Origin: Podarcis bocagei | Taxonomy: Eukaryota | Length of the DNA: 64,000 nt | Strand: one strand, 5' to 3' | NCBI GenBank assembly: GCA_964188305.1 | Contig: OZ076895.1 | Shown here: positions 37,466-49,400 of the stretch, one piece after another | Position numbering within the stretch: the first letter of the stretch is position 1 | How the letters are laid out: every line of letters starts with the position of its first letter | Made by a program: the position numbers and the translations under genes | Notes under the pieces: generated by a model | Seen by the model: only the letters and a program-made list of their open reading frames with translations | Told to the model about the DNA's origin: nothing | Database searches by the model: none

Positions 37466-40400
37466 GAGAAGGAGTAACTAAGAAGCCTGTTATCTTTCAA
37501 CTGAATCCCCCCAAAGGGAAATTCTCATTCTCACAGGTATTCTATGAAAAACACTTGGCTTGTGCTTCATCCCAATGCTGGCAGTAATGCAAAGAAAATA
37601 ATTCCATTCTTGACCTCTGAAAATGCTGAAAGGAACAAGTCTCTACTTCTCCCACAAGATTCTCTTGGAAGAAACCAAAGATCACTGGTATAGTATGTAT
37701 TATCAGACTCCATCCAAACTAACCAAACAGTGTACATTTTTCTTGGCTACATAAAAAGTACATAACAAATGGCCCAGAACTGTCAAACAACTCTACCATG
37801 TCAGTTAGGAGATCGACCTTTTCTAGCATGGCCTTAATATATTGTGTAGCTATAAGTAGCCAAGTTTATGAACTGCAGTAACCCACACTTTAGAGAAATA
37901 GACTGTCATTTTCAGCTTTTCATTTTTAAAAGACTTCCATCCCTCAGGATTGTGAAAAACATGGAAACATAAAAGAAATCATTGCTGAAAGCCGTAAGAC
38001 TAATATGAAGATATGGTCCACAAGACAGCCTTTGCAGATCCAATTCAAAGCCCACCATTGTTCCAGGCTTATTCCATTCCACCCTAATTCAATGCTTTGG
38101 GGCGGTATTCAACTACTACAGCTCATCAGTGCAAGGATTTCTGCTTGTACAACAGAATTTCCCCCTCTCCCACCCAAATCTGCTCCAGAGGGTTGCAGGA
38201 ACTCATGAAAAAGATATTTTGGTAGGGGGAGTGCACAGGGAAGGTGAAGAGGAGAACATTCCATGCTACATTGCTGAGAGAATGTTTACATAAACAGTAC
38301 ATTGAACACAACCCTTTATTTCCCAATATGGAGGAGAGAATCTGCCCCAAAATTATCAAAGCTTCATAAAAATAAGAGCAAGGGATATAGTACTGCCAAT
38401 TAGGTAGAATATACATATTAAATGTGTGCTGTGTATGCACCCAGCTGTTCACTTCTTCTAGCCACTATCAAGGAGGAATGGAGCAAGACAGCACCCAGTC
38501 CCTCAAGGACTGCAATGTAGAAAGAAAGCATTTAAAGAGGTTGCATAGCCACCTCTGCAAACCCCTAGGTTCCATGTAACAATCTGTATATAGCCAGTCT
38601 TAGATGTGTAACTGCACAGGCACTGGGAACCTCACTCACTCCAACCTCTATGCATCAGCAACATGACACAGACAAGTAGCCATAGGCCAATATTCCTTTC
38701 CATACCCTACCTTTGCTATATTTTGAAGATTTCAAAGATCCTTAAAGGACATCCATTAAGGTGCTGGCAAGCAAACAGTCTGAAAATTGATTCTAACCCA
38801 GAGTAGTTGCCAAACCTAACCATACTATCACACTTATTGATAATCAAGATAATTAAAAACTTACTTGAAAAGGAACAGATTCTAACAGTAGGACTTAAAG
38901 TGGGGCCCTTTCAAGGAACATTGGTGCCACCACCAATTATCCCTGTTTGATCTGATGAAGTGAGAAGGAGGTACAGTAGTACCACTGATTACGTAAACTT
39001 CAGGATGCAAAAGCGGCAAACCCGGAAGTATTTGATCGGGTTTCACCACACGCATGTGCAGAAGCGGTCCTCAGGTTGCGGAAACCTTGGGATCCGACTG
39101 GACCTCTGGAACAGATCCCATTCGCAGCCGGAGGTACCACTGTACTTGGAACAGGACTTTCTCTGAGTATTTCAGTGGTAGGCTCATGGCCCAGGCTGTG
39201 TTTCCAGAGGCAGTATGCCTCCAAATATCAGCTGCTGGGAATTGCAAGTGGGGAGAGTACTGTTGCCCTCTGATCCTGACTGTGGTCTTCCCATAGGTTG
39301 GCCACTGTGACAACAGGATGCTGAACTAGATGGGCCACTAATCTGATCCAGCAGGGCTCTTCTGATATTCTATAGGGGGGAAACCCAAGATTTTTAACTA
39401 CACCTTAATTTAAGCCCAGTGTTAACAGCAGCAATTAAGACTATTCTCATTTAGAAACTGAAACACAACCAGGGCCACTACAGGTAAACCAACTCAGTTC
39501 CACTAGCTTTTACAAAGGAAGATGCTGGAAAGATAATCAGAATTATCTGCTCTTTTTAGGAGCTAAATCGGAAGAGATTTCATTCCTCGAGTATTATTAT
39601 TTTAGCACTAGCTGAGAAACAATTCAAAGCCATGAAGCAAGTTGTATGTTTCTATTATGTTCTCTTTTCTTAAAAGATCCAGGTGTCAGTATATTCAAGT
39701 GTTGTTCTAGGTAAAACAACAAGAATGAGACACACTAACCTCATAAGTTGAATATTTTAAAGAAACTTAATGGTATCACTACTCATGTAGATAAAAGCCC
39801 ATCTATAGGAGCTTACAACAGCTTACAATGTGTTGCCCTGTAGATGTTGTTGGACTTCAACTCCCATCATCCCTAACCATTGGCCATGCTGGCTGGAGCT
39901 GATGGGATTTTTTGTTCAACCTTGGGGTTTCCCCCCACAAGTGTTTGGGTTCTCCCAAGTCTGCTGAAACCTTCCTCTTGTGCAATGGATGATGTCATTT
40001 TGTCTACAAAAGGATTGGTAGCCAGAACTGAGATCACTGTAAGTATACAATATGATAATGCTGTAAGATTGCCATAGCCCTGTGGCCCCAGGCGACAGAG
40101 AGGGTTTACACTTGATTTATGGTAGGGTAAAAGCACATGCTCATAAATCCAAAAATACTCTTACTGCTAAGCAGTTGGGCTGTATCTGAATAACAGACTC
40201 AGAACATTGTTTATTTTTCCAATAGAAAAGCTTTAGCTGCGAAAGAGTTTGTTTTTTCTTGTCATCAAGAGTTCCATTTCATTTTGCTTTGAGGAATATA
40301 CACCATTTCTGAAAGCATGTTTAGCTTTAGTGTCATATGCAAATCTGTCCTCAGACAGCACACTGGATCCCAAACAATCAATGCCTTCCAAGGAGAAAAT

Positions 40401-43400
40401 AAACATAGATCACTTTACTCAGCGCTTTGAAAACAGTGTGCATATACCTGTTTTGCAGCAAAGCATGGGAAATGCAGCATGGGAAATATTCCTCTGGAGA
40501 CTCCTTGATGTAGGTGAAGATCTGCACTACAGTGAAACCAATCAAAGAGGCTGTTCATGAGCATGGCACAGGCTTGAAGAGTAAGTATTTGCCATAAAAT
40601 GAACAGTAAATTATATTAAACACTGTAGATATTATAGTAGCTTGCCAGTATCCCCAGCAAAACAGTGAGACCTGTGCCTTCTCTGTTTTTAAAATTAGGA
40701 GTGTTAGCTACAATCCAGAGAGTCGGTAAAATAAAGGCTTGCGTATACAGTATATCTCATAGCTTCTATTTGTGATGCACCATAAGGGCATGACATTGAA
40801 GTAACAACTTTTGAAGCTCTCCCAAATGTGCTTTAGATTTGCAACCTCTGAGTGAGAGAAGAGAGTAGATCAATTTATCTTAATGATGCTTTATAACTTC
40901 CCTTCCTTCCTCTGTATCCTTGTTCTTGCAGCACTCTCAGTCATCACAAATATGAAACTAACTCCCTGCAACTGTTGGCACATGCAACCCTGAGACATGG
41001 TGACTGAACCTGGAAGTACCATAGCTCAGTGGATGCAGAAGGTCCCAGGGTTCAATCCCCAATATCTCTAGGTAGGGCTGTCTTCTGTTGGAAACACTAG
41101 AAAGATGCTGTCAGTTGGTGTAAACAATGTGGACCTAGATGGACCAATGGTCTGACTCCATAGAAGGCAGCTTCCTGTTCCACCAGAGCAAACTTGTATT
41201 AAAACAAATGTCTTTCTTTGCCAAAGATCCTGAAGTTCCCTGTATGTCAGGAACACATAGTTCATTAAGTCTGGCATAATTTGTTATGCAGGGTAGCTTT
41301 GTAGTTCACATTTAAAGTAAACTACAGTATCTTTCCCATCTAGTTCAAATGGTGAGGAAATGAAGCAGCGCAGAGAAATGTTCCTTTTTAGCAGATTAAA
41401 ATTATGAGAAAAGGTGAAGCCATTTAGATAGCATTTCCTCATTTTTGCTACTTATTAACTGCTCTTGAAACACACACAGAACTTAGCTGAAAGCATGACC
41501 AACTAAATACCAGGAGTCATGGGAACAAATGGATTAGTTTATACATGAAATGTAGATAATACACTTCCAGAAAAAGTTAAAGCTGTTGATAGCTCTGTTT
41601 TGTGTTCTGCAAGGATTTGGTTAAAGCGGACTACTGCATTCTGAACATAGCACCACTTTAAAAAAGCTTCATACCCACAGAACACTAATTCAACTGAATG
41701 CTGTATATTGCTGGTTCAGATTGTTCATCTTATTGACCACTATATTGGTTGCAAAAACAAGAAGTCATTTGCAATCATTCTAGCATAATGGACCAGAAAG
41801 TCAGCTTCAACTAGACTACAGCAATGTACCATTTACTCTCTCTCTCTCCAGTATATTTACTCTGAGCTCCCTTGACCTACCAGTCGATAACATTAACTAG
41901 TTGTAATCCTCTTTAAAATATATTTTAGGTACTTGTACAATAGTTTTTCATAGTTATTAACTAATCCCAAAATAGAAACATTCCTTCCTATGTTAGACTT
42001 CTTACTAATCCCACAAATCAGAAGGAATTCTACTGAGCAAGCTTAATGATTAAAATACAAACTGGCTGCATTCAGGCAGAATACTTTTGCTTCCATTTTA
42101 GACTGACCACAGCTTGCCATTTCATTTCAGACCCAACAAACTTACCTGTAATTCTTAATTACAGATCTTAATTACAGTTTCTTAAAACAAGACATCTTCA
42201 TAGTTTAAGAAGCTGGGTTTTTTCAACAAACCATAGTTAAGGGTTCAGACATAATGCTGAACTGTGGTTAATCTAACATGGAAGCTTCTGATCTCTTCCT
42301 TGTGGAAGGAGGGGAGAACACATGAGGCCAAGGTTTGCCGCAGTTCATCCTCATAATGATATATCATTGTTTGGTTTAGTGTTACATGTGAATTGGGTCA
42401 GTGTATCTAGGTTTGGACATTGCAATAATCTGTGGTTAATTTAAAGGGAACCAAAAGCTTTCTACACTCTTCATCATGGCTCCTGAGAAGTGGTGAGAAC
42501 TCACTGCAGCTCATTGCTATAACTCTGAACCATGATTTAGGATCATGTATGAAAGACAAGTCTATTATTTCTGCAATACCCCAAGCTGGTAACTTGAAAA
42601 AATATTGTCATTTGATGCCAGGGACAAATGTGAGTAAAGTTAAAAGATAGGTAATCTTTATAGATAGGTTACAAATAGGTGACAGCAGTCACGAAATTAA
42701 AAGACACGTGCTCCTTGGGAGAAAGGCGATGGCAAGCCTAGACAGGATCATTAAAAGCAGAGACATCACCTTACCAACAAAGGTCCATGTAGTTAAAGCC
42801 ATGGTTTTCCCAGTAGTGATGTATGGAAGTGAGAGCTGGACCATAAAGAAGGCTGATCGCCGAAGAATTGATGCTTTTGAATTATGGTGCTGGAGGAGAC
42901 TCTTGAGAGTCCCATGGACTGCAAGAAGATCAAACCTCTCCATTCTGAAGGAAATCAGCCCTGAGTGCTCACTGGAAGGACAGAGCGTGAAGCTGAGGCT
43001 CCAATACTTTGGCCACCTCATGAGAAGAGAAGACTCCCTGGAAAAGACCCTGATGCTGGGAAAAATAGAGGGCACAAGGAGAAGGGGACGACAGAGGACG
43101 AGATGGTTGGACAGTGTTCTCGAAGCTACAAACATTAGTCTGACCAAACTGCGGGAGGTAGTGGAAGACAGGAGTGCCTGGCGTGCTCTGGTCCATGGGG
43201 TCACGAAGAGTCGGACACGACTAAACGACTAAACAACAACAACAAATCTTTATAGTCTTTTCAAATTCTTGTTGACAGGGTTCCATCAATGTCATTCCTA
43301 CACTGATCACAAAGGGGCACTACAGAGCAGCACAAGGAGTCAAGGATCGGGTTCCTGCAGCAATCCCCTCTCCATCCTGCTTGTCTCACAACAAGGAGAG

Positions 43401-46400
43401 AGAGGCAGAGGTCTATGTAAAGCACTAACCACAAGACCACTGTGCTTGCAAGGCTATATTTTCACAATCAATTTCTGTGGATTTCCTTCCTGCTTGGTGG
43501 TTTGGAAGTGTTGACAGTATCCAACAACCTGCAAAATGCATAATGGAAGGCACAGGGCAGATGTCTCCTGTGGTTTCACCACATAATTTTATTAAACATG
43601 CGCTACAATATGGACATTTCTGTCTTGGAAGATAACTGCACTTCAAACATTTCCGGAGACTAGTAGTCTTTTTTTAGCCTTATATATAAAACTGTTGTGG
43701 AGGCCACTACACCTAATGTTTTTTGTAGAGGAGGCAGTGCTAGTCGTGGACACACAATTAAAGTATGGTACAATTCTAGTGATGGTTCTTCTCTGTATGG
43801 GTTCTGGGTGTCTTTTTCTCAACACTTAGGTAAGCTTCACAATTAGGACATCAAAGTAAAACATAGTGCATGAAGTGGTAACCAGGGCAGGGGTGGGGAA
43901 CTGAATCCAGCCAGCAGGCCAGATTCATATCCCTCCACCCTTGTGCGCCATGTAACAGGTGGGCAAGACCACACAAACCACTCAATCCCCTAACATCAGA
44001 ATAGTACCAGGTGACCCATGTGGTACACAACATTTTGAAACATTGCAACGTCTTTCCAGATGGCGTCTGTGTGCAAACCCCTTTTTCAAGTCTAGGGACA
44101 TGCCTGGTGTCATTCATTCATTCATTCATTCATTCATTCATTCATTTTCTATGCGGCCCTTCATCAGAGAGGATCACAAGGCGTTTTACAATATAAAAAC
44201 GCAAAAATACATAAAAAGCCAAAGACTGTTTAATTAGCCAAAGGCCTAATTAATATGATGGCAAGTGGATATGCCTTGCGGGCCAAATGATAAGGTCTGG
44301 AAGGCCTAACTGGGCCTTAGGGACAGATATTTCCCACTCCTGAGCTAGTGTTTAAAAGAAAAATGTATCAAGATAATGTTCCCACTGGAAAAAATTCTGG
44401 TATCTGCTTTATTCTACATTTAAAAGCATGAAGTGGCTAATAATGGTGTTGCAAAGTTTCTGTTTTGTAGCCTATATGCTATACTATTTTTTATTCCTCA
44501 AAAAACAACCCCAAACGCTTCTCAATGTGAGTTGTCAGCTAATTCTCACAACAACCCTATGAAGAAGGGTTGGGCTAAGAGACAGTGACTAGTCCAGTAA
44601 GCTACATTGCTGAATGGGGATTTGAACCCAGATTGGTCTGGTCTCATTAACTACTACATGACACTAGTTCTCTACCAAATGCATGTGGAAATTTCAAAAT
44701 ATGAAAGTAGGATGCCCAACAGTATCTAATATTTCTCTCTCAGCCTCCCTTTTTGCTGTCATTGGGAGCAGCTAGAAAACAGCTGTACCCTCTTGCACTT
44801 GTTCACATTCAAATTTCAGTGCAAATAAGACCAGTCTCTTTTCCACTTGCCAGAAGGCTCAAGGGAAAGGCTGATCTTCTTTCACTTCCTTTTAAGTCAG
44901 AGATTGTGAAGGAGTAGAGAAAGACTCCTATGGTTCCTCATTGTTCCCAAAATACCACAAAGGATGAGAATCCTGCCTTTCCCTCAAGCTCTCTTCAAGT
45001 ATCAAAAGACTCAAGGGAAAGGCAAGGTCTACTCTAGTTTGACCAGGTGTTTGGATAATAGAAGTGTGGGAGAGGCCCCTCCCATTTCTTACTTTCTTCA
45101 TAATGCAGCACAAATTAGAGAAACCCTTGTCTCTCCCACAAGCCTCCTTGTGCATGCCAGATAACTTAGAGGAGGAGCTTGGCAGCAAGCACCAGCAGAA
45201 ATTGGCCAGTAAACCTCAATGCAGATACAACAAATATAAAAATCTGTCGTACACTGACCAATCTATTCAGTATCTGTCTACAATTGGAAGGGGGGAAGGA
45301 GAATCAAAACCAAGGGACCACTGTAACCCCCCGATCTCTCTAGCCAATCCTTGAGACTCACCCTAGGACCCATCTCTTACCAACCCAGTAGACACCTCTG
45401 ATTTTCATGTAGCTGGAATGTAGTCTGTCATGCTGTACATATGGAAAAGTCCCAATTTTGCCCATGAAAACAGTGCAGCCCTTGGGCTGAAAAGGGTTTC
45501 CCATCCTTGAACTACAATGGCTGGTGGTAGAGGCTCTCCAGCATTTCAGACACAGCTTTTTCCAAGCCCTACATGGAGATATTGGGAATAAGCCTGGGTG
45601 CCTGCATATAAAACACGTACCACTGAGCTATGGTTTTATCCTTGATATTCTAGTTGAGTTGTGTGTGGCATATACAGTGGTACCTCGGGTTACAGACGCT
45701 TCAGGTTACAGACGCTTCTATGTATACTCCGCTAGCCCAGAAATAGTACCTCGGGTTAAGAACTTTGCTTCAGGATGGGAAGAGAAATCACGCCGCCACA
45801 GTGCGGTGGCAGCAGGAGGCTCTACTAGCTAAAGTGGTACCTCAGGTTAAGAACAGTTTCAGGTTAAGAACGGACCTTCAGAACGAATTACGTTCTTAAC
45901 CCGAGGTACCACTGTACGCTGGCCTTCAAGAAATGAAAATGTTAACTTCATCCAGAAATGGTGCTTTTAAGTTAGCGGCTTGAGATAGCCACAATGCATT
46001 AGGAAATGCTCAACTGTAGAGTATATGCAGGTTTACTAGCTCCCAGTCTGACAAAGCCCATCACGTTTTACAAGTTTACTCAGGGCAAAATAATATTTCA
46101 CTATTAGCATACCAAGAAAGTTAATGAAGGCACACAATGTGGTTTTAATTCCACTAGTTTAAAAAGTATAAGAAGTAAAAGTACAGCCAACAGCTTGCAT
46201 TATTCGAAAAGGAGATGGGTTGTTTTGAATGGGTATTTAAGCAAGCTTAAGTGTACTTGAGAAAAATAAATGTAAAAGCTTCCTATTTTTTTCTGCTCCA
46301 ACCTCAAATGCAGATCTGTTTTGGAACAAACTGCTCTGACCTCAAATCTGTTCTAGGAAGAATGCCCAAAAATGCAAAGATAGGACCCATTTAAGTGAGT

Positions 46401-49400
46401 AAAATGGGACCTAGAAGGTCCTTGACTGCAATCCCTCTCCTCCCTAGGCATTTCACAAGTTGAGTAAGTTCATAAATGAACTATATATCTAGAATATGCA
46501 GCCCTCAGCCTTGCCTTATACATACTGAACTGTTTAAATTAAGGAAGTTTAACAAAATACTCATATAATCTGAATGAATGGGATTGGAGGACACAACAAG
46601 CAGAAGGGTCTGGCCTTTTGTGGTTTCTCTAATTTGCAACACTGCCAAGTTAAAATGAACAACTTCTAGAATCTCTCTGTTTTATGGGCTAATAGCCATA
46701 AATAAATAAATAATAATAAAAAATCTCTCTGAACTGCACACTGGCATTATGGTCAGGCCATACTATTAATAAGGCAAGATACCAGACCTCATAATGTAAA
46801 TTCAGTCCTCTTCCTTCTCACTCTTGTGATTAAAGCCTTTATTGTTTGTTTATCATGTGCTTGTTTTTGGAAGAGAAACCCAGAAGGATCAAGCATGGCT
46901 TCCCTCAAAAGCAAGGTCAAGGAGTGTCATTATAACATACCTGAATATACTTACACTGAACGTGCACAGAGGCAAGGATGGAGGACAATTTATGCATTTC
47001 TACTATTATGGCAGCCACTATTCTATACTAGAATCAGCAAAGGTGCCTCGATTCTAAATTTCTATTAAGATTAGCAATAGTCAATCTCTACGGTTTTATT
47101 ACACCAAGATGGAGAATCAGGGCTGAACTATGCAAACATGGGCTAGTTCAGTTCTCCAATGCTTTCATTAGAACAAAGTATGTATGCATATATTTAAGCT
47201 ATTTATATACCACTTAATCACTGAAGTTTCTAATCTGGTTTCACTCTGGAACATAACGGGGGGTAGGGGATAAAACCTGACCCTCATCCCTGTCACTGGA
47301 ATCACTGTGACACTGGAACAAGCCAGGCCTCCATCTCAACTACCTCCTTGTGCCCCTATACTTTATCCCAAAATGGTTTCCAAAAATAAAGCACTGCACC
47401 AGGGGCCTAAACCAACCTGCTAACCATAACAACAGGAGGACTGGCCTCCATTAACAAGGCCCTCTGTATTATCAGAGTGATGGGCATTTAACTAATAATA
47501 GATTAAAAGTACAGTATGAAGTGTTTTATAGTTTGAATCACAGCATACTACACAGAATGCTTACTCTGTGTATCTACGACAATAATTGGAAAAATGTACA
47601 CACACACCCCCAAAGAAAAATTATGGGGAATGATGGGAGTAGTAGTCCAACATCTGGAGGGCCACAAGGCCCCCCATTCCTGATCTATGCTACAGGTAAA
47701 CCCTAGCAGCCAAGAGACCTGTGCCTGATAAAGTGTAGTCAATAAACACAAAAGAATGCAAATAAGTAGGACTGAAATAAGAACTAACTAATGAACCCAA
47801 GTAGTCAATCAAAGTTTTTAATCAACCTCCACTCAACCATAAAGCTCACTGCATGACTGTGAGCCAGTTACACTTTCTCAGCCTATCCTACCTCAAAGGG
47901 TTGTGGTGAAGATAAATTTATGCACGTTGCTTTGAGCTCACTGAAGGAATGGTGGGATAAAATATAATTATTTTGAATGGATATGGCACTTCATTGATCT
48001 AGCAATGACTACATATCATAGGAAGGGATGACAAGGGTTGTGTGTACTCCTGGCAGAGATCTAAAGCCAAGGTTTTGCTTGCTGTCATCAAGGTGGAAGG
48101 CACTGGTGATACTGCTGCCTGCTCCTCCAGTCAAAAGCCTGGCCAACCAGTAGAGAAGACCGGTTTGGGGGTGGGAGGCAGAAAAGGATGGGTACTGGGT
48201 TCCTAGAAGCCCCTCTTGCTGCTTCTCACTGAAGCACAATAGTCTGGGGAAGGGCAGGCAGGCAGGCTGTGGGACCCCAACAGCTCCACCCACTGCTAGA
48301 AAGGGAAATCCCCAGCACTTTGGAGTTGCTTCCTCACAGACACCTTCATCTCTCAAATTTCAATATACAAAAAATAGCTGCACACTGACATTTAAAATGA
48401 AAATTAGATATATCTTATTAAAACACTATGAACTGAAACCTACTTCTTTTCTTCCACATCCCCTCTCTTCCATTTAAACACACACACACCTGATGCAACA
48501 ATATAATTATTTGGTCTAGAACAAATATTTCTTCTGATCTATCCAATGTATCAGAGTTGTATGTGTTTTCCTTTCTGTTTTAAAAAAAATCCTGGAGAGT
48601 ATGCCTGAACATTTAAAAGTGTCCATTAACATTCTAAATCTAGAATTTATTCGTGTGCAAGCTTAACTTATCAATAAATAAAGTAAAACTGATGGTTAAT
48701 TGACTGGAAGTGTTTTAAAATTGAATGGCAGGCCCACAAATGAGACATGAGGATGGCAGTGAAGAAAGGGAAAGGTGAGCTAACCCTAGTTCTGAAATAA
48801 TACATTTTCAACTAATGGTATTCTATTTGCTATCAATCTATCCTTGACAAGTTTTTTAGACTCTCTCTGCACTAGAGGAATAACATTCACCAATCGGCTT
48901 GACAAATATGTCTGTTTATACTGAAAAGATCAAGTTTTATATTAGTTTTCTGCTTATAATACACCTATTCAAAACACCTGATTGCTCTTAAATTTGTTTA
49001 CATCTAGTGCCATTGCCCACAAAGCAAGCCAGCATGCATACAGAACCCAGACTCCTGCCTATTGGAACTACAGAGGCAGCAACGGAAATAGCCCAATTAG
49101 CTGCTGTAACACTTCAAAAGTATCCGAAAACTTATCAAATCCATTATAAAGAAAGTCACTTGGAAAACAGTCATTCAACATGCAATTGTTGCTGCACATT
49201 TTACTACGGTTGTCAATACTGAAATTAAAGATGCTGAACAGGTCAGCATGAGGCACTGGGGAGTCTGTTATTTACACTGGGTTCTGTTTGAAACCCCTTT
49301 GCTCACAAAAGGCACAAAGCAAGCAGAGAATCATAGAACTTTTTTTTAGAATTTGACAAATTTTATAAACATGCCAACTAAAATCATATGTCTCAACATG

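Noticed and set aside
42689-43204. 171-aa antisense ORF
   Set aside because: It is the reverse-strand shadow of the BovB coding sequence.
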